A DNA stretch of 46,175 nt from Candidatus Iainarchaeum sp. (GCA_021158055.1 JAGGVJ010000018.1:1-46175), one strand, 5' to 3'; counted from the stretch's first letter, positions 28,488 to 38,050 are shown. Translations and numbers: made by a program. The notes: generated by a model from the letters alone, not told the origin.

Positions 28488-28883
28488 TTACACAGTTTCC
28501 CAGGAAAAAAGCAACCCCTGCTTTTTCAATTCCTCAAGAACACCAGCAGCTTTCCTCCTGCATTTTGAGGTGTCTGCCACAACATCCCATTCCGCAAGGT
28601 TTTCACGAAGCACAAACCTTGATTCAGTTTTCAGAAGATCAATCCCCTGTTTTGAAAACTCTGATGCAACACGTGCAAGAGAACCTTTTACATCACTCAG
28701 CTTAAGTGAAAACCGCTCTATCCTTGCGTTTTCAGGAAACGCGTAAAGCTCCATGATCCCTTTTTCAAAATCTGCTGAAAGCATGAGAGTCGAGTCCTCG
28801 GTCAAGCCCAAACTGTCGCGGATGTCTTTTGGAATTATAATTCGACCTTTAGAATCAAGTTTTAATGAAGTCGTTTTATGCAT
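28488..28883 (-). CDS. AbrB/MraZ-type DNA-binding domain fused to an ACT-like domain
   Basis: LDSKGRIIIPKDIRDSLGL followed by DVKGSLARVASEFSKQGIDL. Start overlaps the hisS stop; GGTGA SD. Confidence 0.8.
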   Translation of the reverse strand: MHKTTSLKLDSKGRIIIPKDIRDSLGLTEDSTLMLSADFEKGIMELYAFPENARIERFSLKLSDVKGSLARVASEFSKQGIDLLKTESRFVLRENLAEWDVVADTSKCRRKAAGVLEELKKQGLLFSWETV

Positions 28884-30297
28884 TTGATTCACCGCCGTTG
28901 ATTTTTTCAACAACTGCTTTTAAATTTGTTAAATTTAACAATTCTTCTTTTCCCGAACCCATTTCACGCAACGTTACTTTTCCCTCTGCAAAGTCCCTTG
29001 AACCAACTATCAAAACCCAAGGTATTCCTTCTGAATCACAGTATTCAAACTGTTTAGACAATTTTCTTCCAATCAATTCAGATTCAACATTCAATCCAAA
29101 CTTTCTTAGTTCAAATGCAATTTCTGAAACTTTTTCAGTAACATCAGAACCTGCTGAAGCTACAAAAATTTGGGTTGCAGTGTTTTCTCCAAACGGCAAA
29201 TTCATTTCTTTCATAACTTCCATCAATCTGCTTGGTCCAAAACCCATTCCTGTTGCTGGAAGATCTCGTTTTCCAACAATACCCATAAGCTCATCATATC
29301 GCCCGCCACTGCAAACGCTTCCGAAATTCTCAAACCCTTCAACAACAGTTTCAAACACAAATCCTGTGTAATAATCCAAACCACGGATTTTGCTCAAATC
29401 AAGTTTTGCATCCACACCAAGTTTTTTTGCATTATCAATTATTTGAACTATATTCTTTAACTCCTGCGAATCAGTTCCAAGAAGAGCAGTTGCTTTTTTC
29501 AACGGGTCGCCTTTCTTCTCAATAAACTTAAGCAAATCAGTTGATTGTTTTTCTGACAATTTCTGTTTTTTCAGTTCTTCTCGAACCCCTTCAACATCAA
29601 TTTTATCAATTTTATCTATTGCTCTAAAGACACCATTTTTATCCCCTGAAATTTCCATTTTTTCAAGTACTTTTTCAATAAGTTCCCTTGAATTCACTAA
29701 TATTTTTGCTTTTTTAATCCCAAAACCACGAAGCAATGCATTAACAACTGAAAGTATTTCAGCATCAGCAACAGCTGAATTGACTCCAATAAGTTCCACA
29801 CCAAACTGCCAGTGTTCCCTAAACCTGCCTGCTTGAGGTCGCTCATAACGCCATTGAGGTGCAATGTAACAAAATTTTATAGGAAGACGCATATTCGGAT
29901 TGCCTGCAACAACCCTTGCAACAGGAATTGTCATATCAAACCTCAACCCAAGCTCCCGTCCTGATTTATCTTTAAAATGATAAATTTCATTCTTAACATC
30001 TTCTCCACTTTTTGTTGAAAGCAAACCCAAATTTTCAAACGCAGGAGTAAACACTTCCTTGTAACCAAAACTTTGAAACACATTTACTGCTATGTCCATC
30101 ATTTTCCGAAACTTATATGATTCAGGGGGAAGAATATCCTGTGTTCCGCGAGGCGGCTTCGGATCTGGTATAATACCTCCACCCGAAACTAATTTCTTTT
30201 TACCTAAACTCATTTTCTTTTCACCTAAACTCATTTTCTTTTCACCTAAACCCATTTTCTTTTCACCTAAACCCATTTTCTTTTCACCTAAACTCAT
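28876..30297 (-). CDS. hisS: Histidyl-tRNA synthetase
   Basis: PRGTQD, LRFDMTIP, WRYERPQAGRFRE, RGLDYYTG, SGGRYD, C-terminal anticodon-binding domain. Confidence 0.96.
   Translation of the reverse strand: MSLGEKKMGLGEKKMGLGEKKMSLGEKKMSLGKKKLVSGGGIIPDPKPPRGTQDILPPESYKFRKMMDIAVNVFQSFGYKEVFTPAFENLGLLSTKSGEDVKNEIYHFKDKSGRELGLRFDMTIPVARVVAGNPNMRLPIKFCYIAPQWRYERPQAGRFREHWQFGVELIGVNSAVADAEILSVVNALLRGFGIKKAKILVNSRELIEKVLEKMEISGDKNGVFRAIDKIDKIDVEGVREELKKQKLSEKQSTDLLKFIEKKGDPLKKATALLGTDSQELKNIVQIIDNAKKLGVDAKLDLSKIRGLDYYTGFVFETVVEGFENFGSVCSGGRYDELMGIVGKRDLPATGMGFGPSRLMEVMKEMNLPFGENTATQIFVASAGSDVTEKVSEIAFELRKFGLNVESELIGRKLSKQFEYCDSEGIPWVLIVGSRDFAEGKVTLREMGSGKEELLNLTNLKAVVEKINGGESNA
30193..30297 (-). repeat. 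5 x 21-bp tandem repeat encoding M(S/G)LG(E/K)KK at the hisS N-terminus
   Basis: ATG(A/G)GTTTAGGTGAAAAGAAA units read directly from the sequence. Confidence 0.95.
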
Positions 30298-30439
30298 TTA
30301 ATTCACCAACATAAAAAAATAAAACTTTACTGGACATCTTAAATAATGTACATTAACAATAAACATTCAGAATATATAAAAGGTGGGTAAATAGTGGGAT
30401 TATGTGTTTGTTAAAAAACAATAAACATAAACTAAAAAA

Positions 30440-30533
30440 TGGGGTCCTGGGGGGGATTCGAACCCCCGACAGGAGATTTCCGCTCTTGGAAATCCACAGT
30501 CTCCTATGATAACCAGGCTTCACTACCAGGACC
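30440..30533 (-). tRNA. tRNA-His(GTG) with a 16-nt intron at 37/38; G-1 and CCA are genome-encoded
   Basis: GGTCCTGG/CCAGGACC 8-bp acceptor stem; GGAGA-CTGTGG-[ATTTCCAAGAGCGGAA]-A-TCTCC anticodon arm; GGGGGTTCGAATCCCCC T-arm; terminal CCA. Confidence 0.92.
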
Positions 30534-30589
30534 ACTAAACCAAAAACAAAATCAAAAAATGAAAAAAATAAAACGAAAACAATGCCGGA

Positions 30590-30853
30590 TTATCTCCTGC
30601 AAATGTCAATCACTTCAACCAAATCAACACCTTCAACTGCTTTAAGTTTTTCTTCTATTTCATCTGCTTTTCCTTCCACTTCCGGAACAACAAGCTCAAC
30701 AACAATTGCTTTGAGCCCGAACGCAAGTTCTTCTACTTTTTCATTATAAACTTTCACGTCAGACGGGAGGGCGCTTTTATAATTTTCCAACACGGAATCA
30801 AACAATTCCGGACCGTCACTCACTATTTTGTATGTCACTGCCAATTCTGCCAT
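30590..30853 (-). CDS. ef1b: Translation elongation factor aEF-1beta
   Basis: EELAFGLKAI...DEIEE.L..VEGV; preceded by its usual Zn-finger partner. Confidence 0.92.
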   Translation of the reverse strand: MAELAVTYKIVSDGPELFDSVLENYKSALPSDVKVYNEKVEELAFGLKAIVVELVVPEVEGKADEIEEKLKAVEGVDLVEVIDICRR

Positions 30854-30897
30854 TCAATCAACTCCGATTTAAGAACATTTACCTTAGGCATTTGCCC

Positions 30898-31056
30898 TTA
30901 CGGCCCTTCAAACCCGCACTCGGGACATTTGTAACTATTTGACAATTCCCTGCACTGAATGCACCTGATAATAACTGCTTTGTTGCAGTTGGGGCACTTT
31001 AGTTCAACGTAATCATTTGTCACTTCTCTATTGCAAGTACTGCATTTTTTTGTCAT
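30898..31056 (-). CDS. Small Zn-finger protein (DUF1610/HVO_2753-like), below the ORF-track cutoff
   Basis: MTKKCSTC...KCPNC...RCIQC...YKCPECGFEGP*; conserved position upstream of aEF-1beta. Confidence 0.9.
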   Translation of the reverse strand: MTKKCSTCNREVTNDYVELKCPNCNKAVIIRCIQCRELSNSYKCPECGFEGP

Positions 31057-31057
31057 T

Positions 31058-31140
31058 TAATCTCCCCTCTAAAATAATCTCCCCTCTAAAATAATCTTCA
31101 CTTTAAATTAATTTTCCTCTAAATTAACCGTCTTCTAAAC
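31058..31140 (-). repeat. Five decaying 16-17-bp tandem units carrying the SD of the Zn-finger gene
   Basis: TAATCTCCCCTCTAAAA x2 exact, then three degenerate copies. Confidence 0.8.
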
Positions 31141-31490
31141 CTAAAAATCAATAAAACCAGAAAACTAACACTAAACACATGCTAATTAGCTAACTAAACC
31201 ACTGCTTTTCAAAAATAATCCAATTCGTCAATTAATGTATAAGTATATTTGACATAGTATATTTAACATTTTTTCTTTTTAAATTTGTTTGATTAGCTTG
31301 GTTAACTTCAAAATTACCAGATAATAATAATAATTATAAACAAATTAAATACATGTAATATACATAATATAGTAATACATATGACATATCTTACATCCAA
31401 AAACAAACCTTGTCGCATAACTTAAAACAACACCGATCAATCAAAAACAATATCAGTCAATCAAAAAACAAAAAATTAAGAGGGATTTGC

Positions 31491-33209
31491 TTGAAAAAAT
31501 TAATCTTGTTTGCAATATTTTTATCAATTCTGACAAACGCGTCTGCCATGACAAACTATTACTTCCTGCACGAATTTCCAGTGTACGCGTCATTAAATCA
31601 CCCTGATTCGATAGAAGTGTCAATAAAAATACAGCCAAAAGTCATCTCGCTTACAAGACTCGACATCTCCATAGAAGCAGAATCATCCTGCAGCGCTGTC
31701 AAAGTAAAAGGCATTGAAACGCGGGACCCGAGCCCAAGAGACGAATGGTACACAATAGCCGAAAAAGACACTGTAACATTCAAGGGAAACCTCCACTGCA
31801 CCCCAAAAGAAGTAACAAGCCCCAACACAACATGCGTCATTGACGAAGGGCTTCCGGAAGCCAGATTCAAGATAACCGCAGACAAAAACCAGACAAAAGA
31901 ATGCAACATAATATTCAACTTCAGACGCGGAACACGAGACCTCACTGACCTGCAGACCCTCATGAAAGTACAGGTAAAACCAATGGCAGAAGAAGGACAA
32001 ATACAAACCTCAAAAACAATCATCGTGAAAAACCGTGAATGGCACAGTGACTGGGAAACAATCAATTCAACCGAAGGCGAAGGCACCATGACTCAAATGA
32101 CCGGAATTACAAGTGTCAGCGAATCACTTTTTATGCCTGACTATGACATGGAAAGCCTTGAAGTCACAAACATACTGAAACTGGACATCGGGGCGTTAAA
32201 AAACATAAAAGCAACCCCCAACTACGAAAACATGGTGAAAACAACCAGAAAACTTGAAACAAGTTTCGAGGATTTGCCTGCAAACACCGAAATAAACATC
32301 ACATACGACTACTCTTCAATGAGCTTCACTTCAGCCATTTCATCCATCCCCCCAACAAGAACCACTGACTATGACGACCTGGTATTTGAAGCAAAAAAAG
32401 CGGACTTAAACTGCAGTGAAGAAGGGGAAAACATAAACACCACAGGAAAAGCGTGTTGCGAAGGACTTTCTGCCTGCTATGACAACATCTGTGCAACAAG
32501 CTGTCCGTGCGAAAACGACTGCGTTGACACACCTTCAATTGATGCAACGTGCAACACAACCACAAACTCGTGCTTCAAATGCATAAAGGAAAACAATGAA
32601 ATTCAAGATGGACTTGAATGCTGCAGCGGCCTTGAAAAATGCAGGGACGATGTATGCCGGGAAGTCTGTTCAATTGCTGTTTGCGGAAACAACGAAAAAG
32701 AAGACGGTGAAGAATGCGATTTCTCCGCGGAAACAACAGGATGCACCACAGGGTATGAGTGCAGCAATTCATGCGAATGCATTCTGGAAATCGTTGTTCC
32801 GGAAGGCACAATCAGGCTTGACAAAGGAATACCGACACAAATAGGCATCTGCGGTGACGACAATGAAAAAGAAGATACTTCCGGATGCATTGAAATAAAG
32901 GCAATTGACATTGAAAGCGACAGCTTTTCACTTGAAGTAACAGACACGGACAACTGCCTCAAAGAAAACGCGAACTGTGTTCTGGAATACAAGCAGTTGA
33001 AGCCAAATGACAGCGTGCCTGTGAAAAACAACATAATTACTGTTGACTCAATCGCCGGCGACACCGTGTTTGTAAAAATAAGTGAAAAAAAACAAACAAA
33101 AACAACAACTGAAGAACCCATTGACTACAAATGGATAATGGGAGGGATGGTCGCATTAATCGGTGTTTTTGGAGTTTACTACTACTATAAAAAAACAGAA
33201 CTTGTATAA
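31491..33209 (+). CDS. Secreted Cys-rich surface protein with C-terminal TM; start probably TTG 31491
   Basis: GAGGG SD; LKKLILFAIFLSILTNASA signal peptide; two C..E......CCxGL..C...C units; CGNNEKEDGEECD (Myxococcus Cys-rich-like); C-terminal hydrophobic helix + KK. Confidence 0.75.
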   Translation: MKKLILFAIFLSILTNASAMTNYYFLHEFPVYASLNHPDSIEVSIKIQPKVISLTRLDISIEAESSCSAVKVKGIETRDPSPRDEWYTIAEKDTVTFKGNLHCTPKEVTSPNTTCVIDEGLPEARFKITADKNQTKECNIIFNFRRGTRDLTDLQTLMKVQVKPMAEEGQIQTSKTIIVKNREWHSDWETINSTEGEGTMTQMTGITSVSESLFMPDYDMESLEVTNILKLDIGALKNIKATPNYENMVKTTRKLETSFEDLPANTEINITYDYSSMSFTSAISSIPPTRTTDYDDLVFEAKKADLNCSEEGENINTTGKACCEGLSACYDNICATSCPCENDCVDTPSIDATCNTTTNSCFKCIKENNEIQDGLECCSGLEKCRDDVCREVCSIAVCGNNEKEDGEECDFSAETTGCTTGYECSNSCECILEIVVPEGTIRLDKGIPTQIGICGDDNEKEDTSGCIEIKAIDIESDSFSLEVTDTDNCLKENANCVLEYKQLKPNDSVPVKNNIITVDSIAGDTVFVKISEKKQTKTTTEEPIDYKWIMGGMVALIGVFGVYYYYKKTELV

Positions 33210-33243
33210 AAATGCAAACAAACAAAAAACCTGGTGCGCATAA

Positions 33244-34650
33244 CTAATCCTTGTAATTGTTATGCCACCACAAGGGTTTTTTGAGCAGGTAACTGTAAAA
33301 AAATTCACTTACCTGCCTGTTTTTGTTTAACTTCAAAAGATCGTTTCCTTCAACAACTTCAAATCCTTTTGAAATACTTTTCACAATGTTTGAAGAAAGC
33401 TGCAGTTTTTTTGTTTTCGCGCGTTCTAAAAAATCTTTAAGGAAAAAAGAAACATCCACAAATTCGCGCTTCACTTCAGTTACCCAAAAACCATTTTCAA
33501 CCCACGGACCTGTTTTTTGTTTGCTGTATTTTTTCAGGAATTTTTCCTGATTCAGTTCATCAGTTACATGCGGACCGATTTTTTTCTTTACATGTGGAAG
33601 GCACGGAACCTCAATTTCCAGCAAAATCAACGCGTTTGACTTTTCATCGGTCCAAAAATCACTTCTAAACACCTTGAACTCGTTTTTGTCAAGGTTTCTT
33701 ACAAGAGTATCTGTGCTTTTTCTAAGCTGGGGCCAAAGAATGTCAGGCAACACTTTTTTGTCCACACCAAACTTCAAACAAATTATTCTTGTTCCCCTTT
33801 CCTTCACTTCCTTTGAAAGATTTTGCCCTGAAATCTTTTTCTTTGGGTTTTTGAAAAAAAATTCTTTGCTTGGCCTTATTAAAAAATGCCTTGCTCCGGA
33901 AATAAACTCCCCGAATTTTTCATCAGATACTGCCGCCGCCATGTTACGGTTTTTGTCCACGGGATCCACGACAATCAGTGAATGGTCTGATTTTCGAAAA
34001 CTTTCTTCCTTGCTGTGTCCTGCAAGGTCAATAAATGTTGGTTTCTTCCACTTTGAAGCAGCTTTCAAAACATTTTCAAACGAGTTGTATTCCAGCACCA
34101 GCATTTCGCAAAGTACGCCTGAAAAACCGTTTGTTCTTGCCTCGGCGCCGTACACGTCAATCCCGCGGCAGAACTGCTTTAAGAGCAACACTTCTTTCTT
34201 TTGAAGTTCCTTAAGGTGGGTTGAGACAAACTTTGCGTGAAAAGGAGTCCTGTCAACAGCTGACTTGAGTTTAGAGGCATCAGCAACATCAAAACAAGGC
34301 ACAATCTCTATTTCCCTGCCGCCGGGTATTTCTTTTTTTATGTATGGGTGTTGTGCGTAATGCATTTCAAACCCGGGCAAAACCCGCCTGCCAATAGTTA
34401 TTATTTTTTTCTTGAGTTCGTCAATTGAGAAAGTTTCCCTGTACTTTACAAAGATGTCAACGTCCCCCGAACCGCGAAGTTCCGTTCCCCTTGAAAGAGA
34501 ACCGACAAGCTCGCACGTCACCTTGTCTTTAGAAACAGACTCTATCTCTTTCATTATTTGCCTGGCATGCTGTATTTGTTCAGCGCGCACTTTCGGAAAG
34601 GGAGTAATTTCTTCAATAACTTCTTTCAGCATTTTTTTAATACAAACCAC
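33244..34650 (-). CDS. cca: Archaeal (class I) CCA-adding enzyme
   Basis: GSLSRGT...DVDIF, YAQHPY, SAVDRTPFH, VYGAE...GFSG, VDPVD..RN.AAA. Confidence 0.95.
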   Translation of the reverse strand: MVCIKKMLKEVIEEITPFPKVRAEQIQHARQIMKEIESVSKDKVTCELVGSLSRGTELRGSGDVDIFVKYRETFSIDELKKKIITIGRRVLPGFEMHYAQHPYIKKEIPGGREIEIVPCFDVADASKLKSAVDRTPFHAKFVSTHLKELQKKEVLLLKQFCRGIDVYGAEARTNGFSGVLCEMLVLEYNSFENVLKAASKWKKPTFIDLAGHSKEESFRKSDHSLIVVDPVDKNRNMAAAVSDEKFGEFISGARHFLIRPSKEFFFKNPKKKISGQNLSKEVKERGTRIICLKFGVDKKVLPDILWPQLRKSTDTLVRNLDKNEFKVFRSDFWTDEKSNALILLEIEVPCLPHVKKKIGPHVTDELNQEKFLKKYSKQKTGPWVENGFWVTEVKREFVDVSFFLKDFLERAKTKKLQLSSNIVKSISKGFEVVEGNDLLKLNKNRQVSEFFYSYLLKKPLWWHNNYKD

Positions 34651-34653
34651 CGT

Positions 34654-36582
34654 TCATTCTTTGCCCTCAACGGTTTTATCTGCCTGGGCAGCTGTCTCGT
34701 TTGCCGGCTGCGAATTACCTGCCTTTCTCTCGGGGGGATTGTCAGAATCTCTTTCAGGATTATCAGGGTTGCTTTCCAAGTCATCACTTTCTTCCCTGAC
34801 AACCGGGTTGTCAACAAGCACCTTCTCTCTTTTTACAGACATGCTTTCAATCATCTTTTCCAAAGTCGACTTTACGAGTTCTTCAGAAAACCCTGATTCC
34901 CGACTGCATTTTTTAAGGTCAAAATCATTGTGCAAAGAAATGTACTTCCCAATAATATTTTCAATGGGCTCCAGAAAATCATACGGAACGCTTCCAAGAG
35001 AATATTTTATTACAAAATACCTGGCTCCGGCACTGCCGGCAGTTCCCTGGCCTCCGGCGGGGACCTGCGGCGATGCACTGGTTTGCGCCGGTTCCTGCAC
35101 CTGAAAACCGGTTTTTTCAGACCGGCTTAAAGGCAACTTGCCTGAAAAACTGTTTATCTTTTCAGTAATCGCATTCACTGAACCCATTATCCTTGAAAAC
35201 GGCCGGGGTTTTTCCTCAATAATATAATCCGGGTGAAGAACATCCTCTTTCCAGGTAATCTCCCCTCGTTTTCTTCCAAGGGGAATAAAACTCCTGAAAT
35301 GGAACAAAATTAGAAGAACGATAATTGACATGGCTGCAAAAGGAGCAACTGAAAACACCAGCAAAGTCATGCTGTCAACATCAAATATGCTTGAATAAAC
35401 CGGCACGTCTTGCTCTGAAAAAATCTCAGTAAATTCGCTTCTTGAAACTTTCATGCCTCTTGCAACATCAATGTAAATCCATCTGTCTGTGAAAACCGCT
35501 ACAAAATACTCTCTTGACCGATCATATGTTCCGATAATCATCTTGCTCGGCAAACCGACCGCGTGCATTATCTCACGCATTGCGTATGCTTTTTCAAGTT
35601 TGGTCCCCCCGGATTTAAGAACCACGCTCACATCAGCAATGTTTTGATTTATCAAAGAGTCCTTTTTCGTGTGGGTTGAAGCTATGCGAATTCTTTGCAA
35701 GACGCTGTCGACTATCTCATTTTTGTCCTTTGTATTTGCAATAATGGTGCGGACCAGGTTGACCAGGTTCTCTGTATTCTCCTTTTTTGTTATTACGCCC
35801 CTGTCAACCAAAAGCCACGGAGTTAAACTCTCGTTCGGATCCACTATGAAATTAGGCCAATACTGTCTTTTGGGAACAACATACGCGGGGGAAAACTCAA
35901 GGTTCAAAGAAGAAAACCTGTTTGATTCCACTTTTTGGTCCCATTTAATATTGTAAGGTGAGTAAACAACAAAATCATCCCCTCTTTTTCCAATTAACGC
36001 GCTTGGAAACTCGTTGAACCTGAGAAGAATGTTATTTCCGCCTATACCATACTTTGAATCTGAAAAAGACACCAGTTTTTGACTCAAAAGCTCGCTTTCA
36101 TCCCTTGACATGGGTGTAAACACCGTAAACGCGGAACCGAACGGAACCCCAAAATCAAAACTTTGGTCTGCAACAAAAGTTTCCTCGCTAAAGTTGTTTG
36201 TAACAATAACAGCAGTTACTTTTGTTTCTTCAAATATTACGTCGGCAGTCAGCACTACGTCATTTCCCTGTTCTGCCGAGTACCGCAAAACAAGACTGTT
36301 AAAACTTAACGAAACCCCCAGATCAGGCTCTGTCTTGTCAAGTTTCCAGTCCAGGGTTGTATTATTTACCTTTGGAAGAAAATCAGTTTTAATCACATTG
36401 TTTAACTCAACAACATACGTTCCGTTGGCCTGTTCTGAAAGAAGCGCCATGTATGTTTTTGAAGCGATAAGAATTTTTGAGCCGTCAGACGTTTTCTCTA
36501 TCACGGTAATCGCACTGGAAAAACCCATCAAAAGAACCAAAAACACAAACACAAAAACTAATTTTTTCAAAATACCACGCAC
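34654..36582 (-). CDS. Membrane protein with a degenerate transglutaminase-like domain
   Basis: Signal peptide; GGTKLEKAYAM...AVGLPSK..IG...EYFVAV...WIYID aligns to the TGase core but lacks Cys/His; TM near residue 410; cytoplasmic tail. Confidence 0.6.
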   Translation of the reverse strand: MRGILKKLVFVFVFLVLLMGFSSAITVIEKTSDGSKILIASKTYMALLSEQANGTYVVELNNVIKTDFLPKVNNTTLDWKLDKTEPDLGVSLSFNSLVLRYSAEQGNDVVLTADVIFEETKVTAVIVTNNFSEETFVADQSFDFGVPFGSAFTVFTPMSRDESELLSQKLVSFSDSKYGIGGNNILLRFNEFPSALIGKRGDDFVVYSPYNIKWDQKVESNRFSSLNLEFSPAYVVPKRQYWPNFIVDPNESLTPWLLVDRGVITKKENTENLVNLVRTIIANTKDKNEIVDSVLQRIRIASTHTKKDSLINQNIADVSVVLKSGGTKLEKAYAMREIMHAVGLPSKMIIGTYDRSREYFVAVFTDRWIYIDVARGMKVSRSEFTEIFSEQDVPVYSSIFDVDSMTLLVFSVAPFAAMSIIVLLILFHFRSFIPLGRKRGEITWKEDVLHPDYIIEEKPRPFSRIMGSVNAITEKINSFSGKLPLSRSEKTGFQVQEPAQTSASPQVPAGGQGTAGSAGARYFVIKYSLGSVPYDFLEPIENIIGKYISLHNDFDLKKCSRESGFSEELVKSTLEKMIESMSVKREKVLVDNPVVREESDDLESNPDNPERDSDNPPERKAGNSQPANETAAQADKTVEGKE

Positions 36583-37133
36583 TCCACTACATTATATACT
36601 GGTCCTGCGGGAGTTAACTTACTTTCCCACAATTGCACTTCATTGATATTAATGTCAAAAAAATAAAAGTCGGTAGCATTTAATATTGTTTCTGTTAATT
36701 TTCGGTTTGCATGTGATTTAACACGGCCGATGGTTATGTGCGGAACAATCCCTTTCCCAGCCAAACCCTGTTTTTTCTGCAAAGTTGTGAGTTTTTTAAC
36801 CTGAGAGAGGTTTTCAATTGACTCAATCAAACCAGTCAACTTTTCACTTCCTGCGCCAAAACCAGCAAACAAAACCCTTGAATTAGAATCTGACGGAAAA
36901 GCATGAACTCCCTTTGCTTCCGCTTCAAAACCCTCAAACCCAGTGTTTCTCACTTCATCAAAAGCACACAAAGCATCACTTTTTGAAACTTCGCCGAGAA
37001 AAACAACAGTGATGTGAATATTTTCGCGTTCGACAAACTTTATTTTCACACCGCATTCAGAAAACTTTTCCTGAAATTTCACAATTTTTTCCTGTTGGTT
37101 TTTCTGAAGCGGAACTGCAAAAAAATACCTCAT
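36567..37133 (-). CDS. thpR: RNA 2',3'-cyclic phosphodiesterase (2H phosphoesterase, LigT-like)
   Basis: MRYFFAV, two HxT motifs (HITV, HITI), ESKLTPAGPVY. Confidence 0.92.
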   Translation of the reverse strand: MRYFFAVPLQKNQQEKIVKFQEKFSECGVKIKFVERENIHITVVFLGEVSKSDALCAFDEVRNTGFEGFEAEAKGVHAFPSDSNSRVLFAGFGAGSEKLTGLIESIENLSQVKKLTTLQKKQGLAGKGIVPHITIGRVKSHANRKLTETILNATDFYFFDININEVQLWESKLTPAGPVYNVVECVVF

Positions 37134-37236
37134 AAAAAATATAATAACAAAACAATCTTAAAAAAGTTATCAATAAACAACATTAAAAACTGAAAAAATT
37201 ATCAATGCTAAAACAAACCCTAAAAATAAACAGGTT

Positions 37237-37956
37237 TTAAAAATCAGACATTCTTGACTGGTCTTTTTTGAGCTTTGTTATTCCGGAATCAGAACTTATC
37301 CTGCTTTCAACAGGCCCTTTTTGACCATTGTATTTTGAGTTCCGAGAAGCACCGTAAGGGCGCTCTGCAGGCACATTCATTGTAAAAAGAGAAAGCTGGC
37401 ACACCCTCATACCGGGCCAAAGCGCCACAGGAACTTTTCCAAGATTGGTTATCTCCAAAGTTACCTGCCCCTCAAAACCCGGGTCTATGTAACCTGCTGT
37501 CGCGTGGATTATAACCCCGATCCTGCCAAGCGAACTTCTTCCCTCAAGCCGCCCAACCAAATTAGCTGGAATTTTTACTTTTTCAATGGTTGTCCCCAAA
37601 ACAAACTCCTGGGGATGCACTATGAACGGCTTATCCTTTATTTTTATGATTTCTGTAATGCCATAATCTTTTACTCTCTGGCTCCCTTTATCAGATTGAA
37701 CAGCCGAACTGTCGGAATCGCTTTTCTTTTTGTTCAAATCCTTGTCCTGCTTGTCTTTAACAGACCAGAGAGGTTCAACATAATTCAACGGGTCAATCAA
37801 AAAAGATTCCCTTTGCTTGAAAATGCGAAACTCGTCTCCCAACCTCAAGTCAACTGAAGCAGGTTGCAGTTGAACATTCATGTCTTCAATTGGTTCAATA
37901 ACAAGAGTGCCTTTTCTCAAAAGCTCTTTTATCTCCGAATCCGCAAGCACAGTCAT
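37237..37956 (-). CDS. dcd: dCTP deaminase (start ATG 37956)
   Basis: QPASVDLRLG, EGRSSLGR.G, AGYIDPGFEG, TLEITN, KYNGQ. Confidence 0.94.
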   Translation of the reverse strand: MTVLADSEIKELLRKGTLVIEPIEDMNVQLQPASVDLRLGDEFRIFKQRESFLIDPLNYVEPLWSVKDKQDKDLNKKKSDSDSSAVQSDKGSQRVKDYGITEIIKIKDKPFIVHPQEFVLGTTIEKVKIPANLVGRLEGRSSLGRIGVIIHATAGYIDPGFEGQVTLEITNLGKVPVALWPGMRVCQLSLFTMNVPAERPYGASRNSKYNGQKGPVESRISSDSGITKLKKDQSRMSDF

Positions 37957-38050
37957 TAAATCACTTGAAAAACAAAACAATTACTGCCAACATAACAAAC
38001 ACAATCCAACTTTTTATTACTTTTCAGTTTAGTCTTCCGTGCATTTCAGT

